53,768 nucleotides of DNA from Bacteroidales bacterium (GTDB lineage: Bacteria > Bacteroidota > Bacteroidia > Bacteroidales > VadinHA17): positions 1 through 53,768 of the forward strand of contig DATKXL010000077.1 of NCBI GenBank assembly GCA_035529055.1. Direction: 5' to 3'. Position numbers and translations under genes: made by a program. This document shows, piece after piece, positions 27,911-37,909 of the stretch. The notes beneath the pieces are model-generated. The model saw only the letters and a list, made by a program, of their open reading frames with translations, did no database searches and was not told the DNA's origin. The first letter of the stretch is position 1; every line of letters begins with the position of its first letter.

Positions 27911-30064
27911 ATGGATATAATGTCAGTCAAATCACAGCATAAGTTGCTGAAAAGGTGGGATTATACATGGAAGCCTTTGAGTAAAGGCTATACCGACAAG
28001 ATATTGTATGTTAATGTGGGCACCCTGGATATACACGATAAAGATGTCCCGCTACCCGTGAAAGAAAAATTTATCGGCGGGAAAGGCTATGGATTAAGAC
28101 TTTTGTGGGACGCGACAAGACCGGATACACGTTGGGACGATCCGGAGAACGAAATCATAATCTCTTCCGGCCCCATTGGAGGTATTACTCAGTATTCAGG
28201 TACCGGCAAATCGCTTGTTGTCAGTATATCCCCGCAGACAGGCTCTGTTATAGACAGCAATGTTGGGGGATTCTTCGGACCATTTCTGAAATTCTCGGGT
28301 TTTGATGCTCTTGAAATACAGGGGAAGTCAGAAAATGATCTGATTGTATTTATAGATGGTGTAAATCATAAAGTTGAAATATTTGAAGCTCCTGCTGAAG
28401 CCATAGATAGTCATTTGCTTGCAGAACAGCTGACTGAAATTTTTGCAGATAATGACAATGAAAAGAAGAATATTGGCATAGTTTCATCCGGAAGCGCTGC
28501 AGAAAACTCGCTGATCGGCATGCTTAATTTCAGCTTCTATGATCCTAAACGTAAGAAAGTCAGGTTAAAGCAGGCAGGAAGAGGGGGAATCGGAACCGTT
28601 TTTCGCAATAAAAAGGTAAAAGCTCTTGTTTGCAAAATTCCGGGCGTAAAGGGCAACCTCAATAATGTTGTTGATCTTGAGGCAATTATGGAGCGAGGCA
28701 GAAGATTTAACCGGGAGATTCGCGAACTTGATGATAAACAATGTCAGATGCGCCAGGTTGGTACAGCCCACCTGATGGAAATAATGAATGACCATGACCT
28801 GCTTCCGGTACACAATTATAAGTTTGGGAGCCACCCTGAAGCATATAAAATTGATTCGTCAATATGGAAAGAGAACTTCACGCAAAATATTCCTGATGGC
28901 TGCTGGATAGGGTGTAATATGTCGTGCAGCAAAGGTGTTGACGATTTTGAGCTTAAAACCGGCCCCTACAAAGGACAAAAGGTCATTGTTGATGGTCCTG
29001 AATATGAAAATGCCGCCGGACTTGGATCCAATTGCGGAATTTTTGATCCTGGATATATCATCGAAACAAATTTTTATTGCGATACATACGGAATATGCAC
29101 TATTACATGGAGTACCATTACAGCATTCATTATGGAATGTTATGAGAACGGGATTCTTAATATAGAGAGAACAGGAGGCTTAGAGCTGAGATTTGGCAAT
29201 TCCAACGATGCCCTTGAACTTTTACACCAGGTAAGCAGAGGGGAAGGTTTCGGAAAAACTGCAGGAATGGGTGTCCGAAAGATGAAGGAGATGTTTATTA
29301 AAAACGGATGGGGCGATGCATCTTTTTTGAATGACATAGGGATGGAGAACAAGGGACTGGAGTATTCACAATATATGTCAAAAGAGTCGCTTGCCCAGCA
29401 GGGTGGTTTTGCCATGACAAACAAGGGACCTCAACATGATGAAGCATGGCTGATATTTATGGATATGGTAAATAATCAGATCCCCACTTTCGAAAACAAA
29501 GCTGAAGCATTACATTATTTTCCTATGTTCCGGACATGGTTTGGTCTTGTCGGGCTCTGTAAGCTCCCATGGAATGATGTTGAGCCGGAAAACAACGCCC
29601 AGACCGACGAACCTGCCAAAGTACCTGAACATGTTGATAATTATGTAACTATATATAAGGCAGTTACAGGTCGGGATTTTGATAAGAACCGACTTGTTGA
29701 TGATTCAGAACGGGTGTATAATTTTCAAAGAGTATTTAACCTGAGACGAGGATTCGGAATCCGGATTCATGACAGACAGCCTTATCGTGCTGCCGGACCG
29801 GTTACAACAGAAGAGTATGAATCGCGCGCTGAAAGATATGACAAACAGATCATTGAGAAACTGGGAATAGATCCTTCCGGAAAAACCACTGAGGAAAAAA
29901 TGAAAATACTCCGGAAATACCGTGAAGATCAGTATGAATCATTGCTGGATGCAGTTTATAAGCGAAGGGGATGGAATAGTAACGGTGTCCCTACGATTGA
30001 ATTTCTGAAAAAGATAGGCATGGATCTTCCTGAGGTTGTTGAGGTTGTCAGGGATTACCAGTAA
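27911..30064 (+). CDS. Aldehyde:ferredoxin oxidoreductase family (tungsto-/molybdopterin enzyme), long YdhV-like form
   Basis: KILYVNVGT...FIGGKGYGLRLLW N-domain, Cys cluster region DGCWIGCNMSCSK, central and C-terminal AOR-type domains. Start at ATG 27911 or 27920; the track start at 27812 adds an implausible hydrophobic leader. Confidence 0.88.
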   Translation: MDIMSVKSQHKLLKRWDYTWKPLSKGYTDKILYVNVGTLDIHDKDVPLPVKEKFIGGKGYGLRLLWDATRPDTRWDDPENEIIISSGPIGGITQYSGTGKSLVVSISPQTGSVIDSNVGGFFGPFLKFSGFDALEIQGKSENDLIVFIDGVNHKVEIFEAPAEAIDSHLLAEQLTEIFADNDNEKKNIGIVSSGSAAENSLIGMLNFSFYDPKRKKVRLKQAGRGGIGTVFRNKKVKALVCKIPGVKGNLNNVVDLEAIMERGRRFNREIRELDDKQCQMRQVGTAHLMEIMNDHDLLPVHNYKFGSHPEAYKIDSSIWKENFTQNIPDGCWIGCNMSCSKGVDDFELKTGPYKGQKVIVDGPEYENAAGLGSNCGIFDPGYIIETNFYCDTYGICTITWSTITAFIMECYENGILNIERTGGLELRFGNSNDALELLHQVSRGEGFGKTAGMGVRKMKEMFIKNGWGDASFLNDIGMENKGLEYSQYMSKESLAQQGGFAMTNKGPQHDEAWLIFMDMVNNQIPTFENKAEALHYFPMFRTWFGLVGLCKLPWNDVEPENNAQTDEPAKVPEHVDNYVTIYKAVTGRDFDKNRLVDDSERVYNFQRVFNLRRGFGIRIHDRQPYRAAGPVTTEEYESRAERYDKQIIEKLGIDPSGKTTEEKMKILRKYREDQYESLLDAVYKRRGWNSNGVPTIEFLKKIGMDLPEVVEVVRDYQ

Positions 30065-30174
30065 ACTATATCTCATAAGATTTTCAGGCAGTTAAAATAA
30101 TTCATATCCCGGGTCGGAGTAAGAAGTTTAAAGTAAAAAGCGCAAAGTAATAAGTGAAAAAAGGTAAAAAGTCT

Positions 30175-31356
30175 ATGGAAATGATACGATTTGAAAAAGC
30201 TTATGAGATTGTTATGAATTCATCATTCCCTACTGAAAATGAGATTATTTATTACACAAATTCCCTTAACCGGATTCTTGCCGGTGATGTAATAAGCGAT
30301 ATTGACATGCCTCCTTTCAATAAGTCTTCAGTAGATGGCTTTGCCTGCCTTAAATCTGAACTTGGAGAAGAAATGGAGATCATTGAAACTGTTCCTGCCG
30401 GCACGCCACCTGTAAAAACACTCGGCAAGCTGCAATGCACCAGGATCATGACCGGAGCGGTTGTACCCTCAGGTGCAGATTGTGTATTTATGGTCGAAGA
30501 TTCTGAAATTCTTTCTTCAGGGAAAGTGAGATTTAAAGGGTCTTTTACAAAAGAGAATATTGCTATAAAAGGGGAGGATGTAAAAAAAGGAGATATTGTT
30601 CTGAGACCGGGCAAACAGATCAAACCCCAGGATATTGCAGTGATGGCTTCTGTCGGATGTATAGAGGTAAAGGTCAGCTGCAGGCCACGGGTTGCGGTTA
30701 TCAGTTCAGGTGATGAACTGGTTGAGCCGCATGAATACCCTGGTCTTTCACAAATCAGGAACAGCAACGCTTTTCAGCTGATGGCTCAGGCAGAACGTTC
30801 AGGTGCTCTTGGTGAATACTATGGTATTGCAAGGGACGACGAGGAAAAAACATTCAAAATTGTAGAAAAAGCAATTTCAGAATGTGATATTGTACTTATA
30901 AGTGGTGGTGTTTCGATGGGAGATTTTGATTTTGTTCCATCAGTACTTGAAAGAGCCGGTACTAAAATCCTGTTTACCAGAGTGGCAGTTCAACCAGGTA
31001 AACCAACTACATTTGGTGTACATCAGAAAGCTCTCGTTTTCGGGCTTCCGGGCAATCCGGTATCATCTTTTATCCAGTTTGAACTGCTTGTCAGACCTTT
31101 GATCTGTAAGATGATGGGACATCAATGGCAACCGGCTACGATGCAGCTTCCCATGAAAGATAGCTTTTCAAGATTGTTTGCTGACAGGATGGCCTGGGTA
31201 CCTGTAAGGATCACCGGCGACAGGTGCGTATCAACGGTTGAGTATCATGGATCTGCACATATCTTTTCGTTGCACGAGGCTGATGGTATTATTTCTGTGC
31301 CTGTTGATATAAAAATGATTGAAAAAGGTCAAATCGTAGATTTAAGACTGCTTTAA
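30175..31356 (+). CDS. moeA: Molybdopterin molybdenum/tungsten transferase MoeA
   Basis: PPFNKSSVDGFA, RIMTGAVVP, ISGGVSMGDFDFV and VAVQPGKPTTFG motifs. ATG at 30175 preferred to GTG at 30154. Confidence 0.9.
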   Translation: MEMIRFEKAYEIVMNSSFPTENEIIYYTNSLNRILAGDVISDIDMPPFNKSSVDGFACLKSELGEEMEIIETVPAGTPPVKTLGKLQCTRIMTGAVVPSGADCVFMVEDSEILSSGKVRFKGSFTKENIAIKGEDVKKGDIVLRPGKQIKPQDIAVMASVGCIEVKVSCRPRVAVISSGDELVEPHEYPGLSQIRNSNAFQLMAQAERSGALGEYYGIARDDEEKTFKIVEKAISECDIVLISGGVSMGDFDFVPSVLERAGTKILFTRVAVQPGKPTTFGVHQKALVFGLPGNPVSSFIQFELLVRPLICKMMGHQWQPATMQLPMKDSFSRLFADRMAWVPVRITGDRCVSTVEYHGSAHIFSLHEADGIISVPVDIKMIEKGQIVDLRLL

Positions 31357-31363
31357 TAAAGAA

Positions 31364-31876
31364 ATGAAATTACCTGGTAAATTCGATATTCTTATAATAA
31401 CTCTCAGCGACAGGGCCTTCAGAGGTGAGTATGAGGATCTGAGCGGTCCAAAGATAAAAGAGAGAATATCGGCATTCTTCACTTCCGTTGAATGGGATGC
31501 GGAAATTAATCTGACCATTATACCTGATGATGCCGGGAAGCTCAGTGACCTGCTTCATCGTGAATGCAGGGTTAAGAACATTATTTTTACGACCGGAGGT
31601 ACCGGAATTGGTCCCAGGGATATTACGGTCGAGACTGTTAAACCACTGCTGGATAAAGAGATACCAGGTGTAATGGAGTTTATAAGGGTGAAATACGGAA
31701 TGGAAAAACCAAATGCTCTTTTAAGCCGGGGTGTTGCCGGCATTATTGGTAAATCACTTATTTATACCCTGCCGGGCTCGGTGAAGGCCGTTGATGAATA
31801 CATGGAAGAGATACTTAAGATTTTAAAGCACACAGTTTTAATGCAATATGGTATTGATACGCACGATAAGCACTAA
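31364..31876 (+). CDS. MogA/MoaB-family molybdenum cofactor biosynthesis protein
   Basis: IFTTGGTGIGPRDIT and LPGSVKAV motifs; 170 aa; follows moeA by 7 nt. Confidence 0.85.
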   Translation: MKLPGKFDILIITLSDRAFRGEYEDLSGPKIKERISAFFTSVEWDAEINLTIIPDDAGKLSDLLHRECRVKNIIFTTGGTGIGPRDITVETVKPLLDKEIPGVMEFIRVKYGMEKPNALLSRGVAGIIGKSLIYTLPGSVKAVDEYMEEILKILKHTVLMQYGIDTHDKH

Positions 31877-33195
31877 TCGGATAACTTGTTAAGAGTATTT
31901 ACAATCTGTGTTCCGATAACCCTGTCGTACCTGTCGTATGGATTTCTATAGTAAATGATCACGGTATAATCGTTTTCTGTTTCATAATGACTTCCTTCGA
32001 ATAAGGATGCTACACCATCCGAAGTGCCATCCTTAAGATAAACGTATTCGTAGTTGTACCAGCCCTGCTTCAGGAGCATCACAGATTCATACTGACCGGA
32101 TTCCATATTGTAATTCATGAGATTATTCTTATCAAAGCTCCAGTTATTAAGCGCGCCTGAGACGTATATCTTCCCTCCTGATATTAAAAATTTTGAAGGA
32201 AGGGTGAAATAGACATAAACATAATCCGCATCTGTTTCGGGATTCTGACCCTCCTGGACAGCAACATAGTATTTACCATTAAAATCCTGCCAGTAAAAAT
32301 ATGGTTTGAACTCCCTGTTTTCCGAAGGATAGAGCCAGACATGGTAATTCCCCATTAAGTAATCAATCTTCCTTACATATTCTGTCTGGTATCGGATGCT
32401 TTTAATATCAAAATACCTGAATTCATTTCCGCCGAAGAAAATATTCTTATCTGATAAGGCACTGTATTTAAGTTCATTATTACCAAAAAAATCAGGCTTC
32501 AGGTCTCTTTTTGCATTATTCCAGCGTCCATTCTGTAAAACAGTGGCATAAATGTTCCTGTATGGATCGGTAATATTTACCCCTGAGTGGTTTACTGTAA
32601 AATCAACCTGCTGGCTTGTATTAACATCTGATGTCATTTTTGGCCGGTGCAGATCTATACTGATCCTGACAATCTCTTCAGTTATTATAAACCGGTGTGT
32701 CAGGACAGGTTTTTCGGGTTCATTAACCGGGAAAACTGAAAGGATATAGTTGCCTGACAGCATCAGACGGATCCTGTCGTTTGGAAAGACAAGCTTGTAA
32801 TGGACGTAATTTACTGTAGTATTGAATGAATGCTTATACTCTTCTAACGGGTTTTCAGGATAACCTTCGATAAAATTTCCCGTAAAAATATCCGATTTTT
32901 TCCAGTCTTTGTCGCAATGGATAAATGTGTAATAATATGTTTCTATCTGATCACCAAGCAGGTCAAAATGAAGAACTAATTTTTCGGCACTGTTCAGTCT
33001 GATGATCGGATAGGAGAGATTCCATCCCTCTTTAAATAATTGAACAGTTTTAATCTTATCAGTAAAGATTTGATTTGAAAACAGAAGCGGGTCAGAGAAT
33101 TCACTGCCCGTTAAGAGGCACGGATTAAAAATCGTCGGCAGAGGAGAGTTAACATTAAGGATAAAAACAAATGTGAGAATTAAATATTTCTGCAT
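31873..33195 (-). CDS. DUF5103-like secreted protein (family since linked to the T9SS plug protein)
   Basis: Signal peptide, about 440 aa. The pattern VQLFKEGWNLSYPIIRLNS..LVLHFDLL...YYYTFIHCDKDW matches my recollection of DUF5103. Assignment from memory only. Confidence 0.5.
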   Translation of the reverse strand: MQKYLILTFVFILNVNSPLPTIFNPCLLTGSEFSDPLLFSNQIFTDKIKTVQLFKEGWNLSYPIIRLNSAEKLVLHFDLLGDQIETYYYTFIHCDKDWKKSDIFTGNFIEGYPENPLEEYKHSFNTTVNYVHYKLVFPNDRIRLMLSGNYILSVFPVNEPEKPVLTHRFIITEEIVRISIDLHRPKMTSDVNTSQQVDFTVNHSGVNITDPYRNIYATVLQNGRWNNAKRDLKPDFFGNNELKYSALSDKNIFFGGNEFRYFDIKSIRYQTEYVRKIDYLMGNYHVWLYPSENREFKPYFYWQDFNGKYYVAVQEGQNPETDADYVYVYFTLPSKFLISGGKIYVSGALNNWSFDKNNLMNYNMESGQYESVMLLKQGWYNYEYVYLKDGTSDGVASLFEGSHYETENDYTVIIYYRNPYDRYDRVIGTQIVNTLNKLSD

Positions 33196-33259
33196 TGAAC
33201 CCTTTTTAATATCTTGTTAACAAAAATAGTGCAAATAATTAGAATCATATTTGGCACTT

Positions 33260-33292
33260 TTTGACAAATATGCGAAGGTATTTCTACATTTG
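33260..33292 (+). promoter_or_regulatory. Candidate Bacteroidota sigma-A promoter for the nqr operon
   Basis: TTTG at 33260-33263 and TAcaTTTG at 33285-33292 (consensus TTTG / TAnnTTTG), 21-nt spacing, 67 nt upstream of the nqrA ATG. Confidence 0.4.
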
Positions 33293-33358
33293 TATTTCTT
33301 TGTTAATTAATTAACAGAACTTTTTCCTGAAGAAATATTTTAATAAGATCCTATTAAA

Positions 33359-34711
33359 ATGCCCAGATCAATAAAGTTAAAGAAAGGTTTTGATATTCCA
33401 TTGGCTGGTGCTGCTGAAAAGCTCCTTGCAAGCGTGTCAGAGCCTGTTTTATATGGTGTTAAGCCGGTTGATTTTCCAGGACTTATTCCCAAACTTGATG
33501 TTAAACCGGGAGATATAGTGCAGGCAGGAGCTCCCCTATTCCATGACAAAATCAGGCCTGAGATAAGATTTGTTTCTCCGGTCAGTGGAAGGGTAATTCT
33601 GGTGGAAAGAGGAGACCGCAGAAAGTTGCTTGAGGTTGTGGTTGAAAAGACCGGAGAAAGTTGCGTTGATTTCGGCAAGGCAGATCCTTTAAAACTTACC
33701 GGAGATAAAGTAAGAGAGCTTCTGCTTGTATCAGGTCTCTGGCCTTCGGTCAGGCAGCGTCCCTACCATGTAGTAGCAAAACCCGGTGATGAGCCAAAAG
33801 CAGTTTTTATCTCAGGATTTGACTCATCTCCACTGGCACCTGATTATAATTTCGTAATAGAAAATTCCTCCCTGTCATTTTTCAGGACAGGTATTGCTGC
33901 AATTTCAAGGCTGACCAGGGGTAAAATAAATCTTGTGCTTAATGGTAAAGGAACATCATCGGAAGTACTCACCTCAGCTCCGGGTGTTGAAATATCATAT
34001 TTTTCCGGGCCTCATCCTGTCGGGAATGCAGGTGTGCATATACACCATCTTGATCCCGTAAATAAGGGTGAAGTAGTCTGGTACATTAACCTCCAGGATG
34101 TTATAGCTATTGGAAGACTCTTTGATGAGGGTATTTACAAACCTGAAAGGATAGTAGCTCTCACCGGCTCGGAGGTGATTCATCCTCAGTACTACAGAAT
34201 ACTGGCTGGGGGCTCAGTTGCACCTGTGATACGAGATAATGTAAAGGCCGGTAAACTCAGATGTATCAGCGGTAATGTTCTGACAGGGTCAAAAATTTCA
34301 TCAGATGGATATCTTGGGTATTATGATTCGCAGATTACCGTAATTCCTGAAGGAGATTACCATGAATTTTTCGGATGGGCATCACCGGGCATCAATAAAT
34401 TAAGCTTCTCACGCACATTTTTTTCAAGTCTGATCCCTGAAAAGAGTTTTAAACCCGATACCAATATTCATGGCGGTGAAAGAGCTTTTGTCGTAACAGG
34501 GCAATATGAAAAGGTTGTTCCGATGGATATCTACCCCATGCAGCTTTTCAAAGCGATCCTTGCCCAGGATATCGACATGATGGAAAATCTTGGCATCTAT
34601 GAGGTTGCTGAAGAGGATTTTGCTCTTTGCGAATTTATTTGCCCTTCAAAAATTGAGATCCAGGCAATAGTCAGAAAAGGCCTGGATCTGATGATAAAAG
34701 AGATGAGTTAG
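33359..34711 (+). CDS. nqrA: Na+-translocating NADH:quinone oxidoreductase subunit A
   Basis: IKLKKGFDIPLAGAAE N-terminus typical of NqrA; 450 aa; heads a six-gene nqr operon. Confidence 0.92.
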   Translation: MPRSIKLKKGFDIPLAGAAEKLLASVSEPVLYGVKPVDFPGLIPKLDVKPGDIVQAGAPLFHDKIRPEIRFVSPVSGRVILVERGDRRKLLEVVVEKTGESCVDFGKADPLKLTGDKVRELLLVSGLWPSVRQRPYHVVAKPGDEPKAVFISGFDSSPLAPDYNFVIENSSLSFFRTGIAAISRLTRGKINLVLNGKGTSSEVLTSAPGVEISYFSGPHPVGNAGVHIHHLDPVNKGEVVWYINLQDVIAIGRLFDEGIYKPERIVALTGSEVIHPQYYRILAGGSVAPVIRDNVKAGKLRCISGNVLTGSKISSDGYLGYYDSQITVIPEGDYHEFFGWASPGINKLSFSRTFFSSLIPEKSFKPDTNIHGGERAFVVTGQYEKVVPMDIYPMQLFKAILAQDIDMMENLGIYEVAEEDFALCEFICPSKIEIQAIVRKGLDLMIKEMS

Positions 34712-34733
34712 TAACACGAGAATTAAAAATATA

Positions 34734-35909
34734 ATGAAATTCTTAAGAAAGAAATTGGATAAACTCAAGCCCCACTTTTCAGAGGGGGGCAGGTACGCAA
34801 AGCTGAGGTCGGTATTTGAAGGATTCGAATCGTTCATGTTTGTCCCTGATAAAGTCACTTTTAAAGGGTCACATATAAGGGATAGCATTGACCTTAAACG
34901 AACAATGACGATAGTTTTAATTGCCCTTATACCTGCGCTGTTATTCGGTTCATATAACACAGGTTTGCAGCATTTCAGATCAGTCGGAGCCGAAGCAGGT
35001 ATTTTTCAGGCATTCTGGTTTGGTTTTCTCAGATTACTGCCGCTGATAATTGTAAGCTATGTTGTCGGATTAGGCATCGAATTTATAGCAGCCCAAATTC
35101 GTGGTCATGAAATAAATGAGGGCTTTCTGGTAACAGGAATGCTTATTCCATTGATAATGCCAATAGATATACCATTGTGGATGCTGGCACTTGCAACAGC
35201 TTTTGCAGTGATATTAGGGAAAGAGGTTTTTGGGGGTACCGGAATGAATGTATTTAATCCTGCTCTTCTGGCTAGAGCCTTCCTGTTTTTCAGCTATCCC
35301 GCCTGGATGACAGGGGATAAAGTATGGACCGAGGGTCTGGTAAAAGGACAAAATATCGTGGATGGCTTTTCCGGTGCTACCCCGCTCTCGCTATGTGCTG
35401 CAGGTGATACAACAGGACTCCCTTCTTTCATGGAAATGTTTATCGGTACAATTCCGGGGTCGGTTGGTGAGACATCAACCCTGGCAATACTTCTTGGTGC
35501 AGCCATCCTGATAATGACAGGTGTGGGAAGCTGGAAAATTATTGTAAGTGTTTTTGCCGGCGGACTTATAATGGGCCTCCTTCTGAATGCATTCTCAGCC
35601 AATACTTTTATGGAGCTGCCATTTTATTACCATTTTGTTATGGGTGGTTTTGCATTCGGTGCTGTGTTTATGGCGACCGATCCTGTATCAGGTACACAGA
35701 CTGAAAAAGGGAAATGGATCTACGGATTACTGATCGGGATGGTGTCGATTATTTTCAGAATCCTTAATCCTGCTTATCCTGAGGGCGTAATGCTTGCCAT
35801 CCTGCTGATGAACGCTTTTGCCCCCCTGATCGATCATTTCGTCATTCAGTCGAGTATCAAACGCAGACTTCAGCGAGCTAAAGTTGCAATAAATAACAGT
35901 GTAAAATGA
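34734..35909 (+). CDS. nqrB: Na+-NQR subunit B
   Basis: Polytopic membrane protein with the FMN-attachment region GFSGATPLS and the MATDPVSG motif; operon position. Confidence 0.92.
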   Translation: MKFLRKKLDKLKPHFSEGGRYAKLRSVFEGFESFMFVPDKVTFKGSHIRDSIDLKRTMTIVLIALIPALLFGSYNTGLQHFRSVGAEAGIFQAFWFGFLRLLPLIIVSYVVGLGIEFIAAQIRGHEINEGFLVTGMLIPLIMPIDIPLWMLALATAFAVILGKEVFGGTGMNVFNPALLARAFLFFSYPAWMTGDKVWTEGLVKGQNIVDGFSGATPLSLCAAGDTTGLPSFMEMFIGTIPGSVGETSTLAILLGAAILIMTGVGSWKIIVSVFAGGLIMGLLLNAFSANTFMELPFYYHFVMGGFAFGAVFMATDPVSGTQTEKGKWIYGLLIGMVSIIFRILNPAYPEGVMLAILLMNAFAPLIDHFVIQSSIKRRLQRAKVAINNSVK

Positions 35910-36607
35910 AACACTTCAGTAACAGATATATATTTATTTTCTCATCGGTAATGGTGATTATCGTGGCTGTTTTACTATCGCTTGCCGCTACAATACTCCA
36001 GCCCCGACAGGCAAAGAACCTTGAGATTGAAAAGAAAAGGAGCATGCTTGAATCGATAGGTGTACCCGCCACACGCCAGAACTCTGTGGAACTTTATGAT
36101 AAATATATTAAGGGAAGTTTTGTGCTGAATTATAAAGGTGAGCAGGTTGAAGGTATTGATGCTTTTAATGTGGTGCTTAAAAACGAACAGAAAAAGCCTT
36201 TTGATCAGCAGTCTCTTCCCGTTTTCAGAGCAACACCCGATGACGGTGAGAAAGTAATTATACTGCCGGTCGAAGGAAAAGGTCTCTGGGGTCCGATCTA
36301 CGGTTATATATCACTGAGATCTGATATGAATACCATTTATGGTGTTAACTTCGATCATAAGGGAGAAACTCCCGGCCTCGGAGCTGAGATTAACACGACT
36401 AAATTTGAGAGCATGTTTCAGGGTAAAAAATTGTTTGACGAAGGAAAATTTATATCAGTCAATGTTATTAAAGGAGGTGCCGCACCTGAAGATCTTTACG
36501 GTGTTGATGCCATTTCAGGCGGAACAATCACGAGCAAAGGTCTGGAGAAAATGTTATCCGACTGCCTGGTTAAGTACAATGATTATTTACTAAAAAACAG
36601 AAATTAA
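35906..36607 (+). CDS. nqrC: Na+-NQR subunit C
   Basis: Single N-terminal TM, ETPGLGAEI, FMN-attachment motif AISGGTITSKG; 4-nt ATGA overlap with nqrB. Confidence 0.92.
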   Translation: MKHFSNRYIFIFSSVMVIIVAVLLSLAATILQPRQAKNLEIEKKRSMLESIGVPATRQNSVELYDKYIKGSFVLNYKGEQVEGIDAFNVVLKNEQKKPFDQQSLPVFRATPDDGEKVIILPVEGKGLWGPIYGYISLRSDMNTIYGVNFDHKGETPGLGAEINTTKFESMFQGKKLFDEGKFISVNVIKGGAAPEDLYGVDAISGGTITSKGLEKMLSDCLVKYNDYLLKNRN

Positions 36608-36610
36608 GAT

Positions 36611-37261
36611 ATGAGCAATCAGGAAAGAGAACCGTTATTATCGGCAAAAAATATTAAACTCTTTACCGATCCGATCGGTAAAAACAATCCCATCACCATA
36701 CAGGTTCTGGGTATTTGTTCTGCCCTTGCAGTAACAGTTAAGCTAAAACCTGCTCTCGTTATGGCATTGTCGGTCACCATCGTGATAGCAATTTCCAATG
36801 TGGTCATAGCAGCATTGAGAAAATACATACCTGAAAGGATCAGGATTATTGTTCAACTTGTTGTTATAGCGACACTTGTAATTCTTGTGGACCAGTTTCT
36901 GAAAGCCTATGCCTTTGATGTAAGCAAGCAACTTTCTGTCTTTGTCGGACTCATAATTACGAACTGTATTATTATGGGCCGGCTCGAAGCTTTTGCAATG
37001 GCCAATAAACCATGGCCTTCGTTTATTGACGGTCTTGGTAATGGTGCAGGATATGGACTGATACTGATAATTGTTGCTTTCTTCAGGGAATTTCTGGGAT
37101 CAGGAACAATCATGGGTTATCCGGTACTAGCTAAACTGGGAGTCTTCTCATCAGGCTATGAGAATAACGGGATGATGATACTTCCCCCTATGGCTCTTAT
37201 AATTGTCGGATTAATTATATGGGTTCAGAGAAGCCGTGATAAAAGTCTTATCGAGAAATAA
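36611..37261 (+). CDS. nqrD: Na+-NQR subunit D
   Basis: NqrD/RnfE-type membrane protein ([25 protein letters not shown]); operon position. Confidence 0.92.
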   Translation: MSNQEREPLLSAKNIKLFTDPIGKNNPITIQVLGICSALAVTVKLKPALVMALSVTIVIAISNVVIAALRKYIPERIRIIVQLVVIATLVILVDQFLKAYAFDVSKQLSVFVGLIITNCIIMGRLEAFAMANKPWPSFIDGLGNGAGYGLILIIVAFFREFLGSGTIMGYPVLAKLGVFSSGYENNGMMILPPMALIIVGLIIWVQRSRDKSLIEK

Positions 37262-37276
37262 CAGAAATGACAGATT

Positions 37277-37894
37277 ATGGAAAACTTACTTAACATATTA
37301 ATCAAGTCAATCTTTGTTGATAATATGGTTTTTGCATTCTTCCTTGGTATGTGCTCATACCTGGCAGTATCAAAAACCGTAAAGACCTCTTTTGGCCTCG
37401 GTATAGCAGTAATCTTTGTTTTGCTGATAACTATTCCTATTAACTTTCTTGTCGAAAATTATGTTTTGAAAAAAGGAGCAATGGTGTGGCTGGGTGAAGG
37501 CTTTGCAGATGTTGATCTAAGCTTCCTGACATTTATGGTTTTCATAGCCGTAATTGCTGCCATGGTACAGATTGTTGAGATGATAATTGAAAAATTCAGT
37601 CCAGCGCTTTATAATTCCCTTGGAATATTCCTTCCTCTTATTGCTGTGAACTGTGCCATTCTCGGTGGGTCGCTCTTTATGCAGGAACGCGAATACCATA
37701 ATCTTGCAGAGGCAACAGTCTTTGGCCTGGGATCAGGTGTGGGTTGGCTGCTTGCTATTGTCAGTATTGCTGCTATACGGGAAAAGCTTCGCTACAGCAA
37801 TGTACCTGATCCCCTTAAGGGTCTGGGGATAACATTTATACTTACCGGTCTGATGGCAATTGCATTTATGGGATTTATGGGAATCAACCTCTAA
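37277..37894 (+). CDS. nqrE: Na+-NQR subunit E
   Basis: NqrE/RnfA-type membrane protein ([23 protein letters not shown]); operon position. Confidence 0.92.
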   Translation: MENLLNILIKSIFVDNMVFAFFLGMCSYLAVSKTVKTSFGLGIAVIFVLLITIPINFLVENYVLKKGAMVWLGEGFADVDLSFLTFMVFIAVIAAMVQIVEMIIEKFSPALYNSLGIFLPLIAVNCAILGGSLFMQEREYHNLAEATVFGLGSGVGWLLAIVSIAAIREKLRYSNVPDPLKGLGITFILTGLMAIAFMGFMGINL

Positions 37895-37909
37895 TTGAAA
37901 CATTGAAAC

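Noticed and set aside
30252-30767. 171-aa antisense ORF inside moeA. Similar long antisense ORFs occur at 37891-38355 (inside nqrF), 41475-41942 and 41290-41706 (inside the E1 fusion), 44322-44792 (inside the HprK-like gene) and 33340-33678 (over the nqrA start).
   Set aside because: All lie fully opposite well-supported conserved genes. Their compositions are low-complexity, Ser/Pro/Leu-rich and typical of shadow frames. None shows a recognisable motif.
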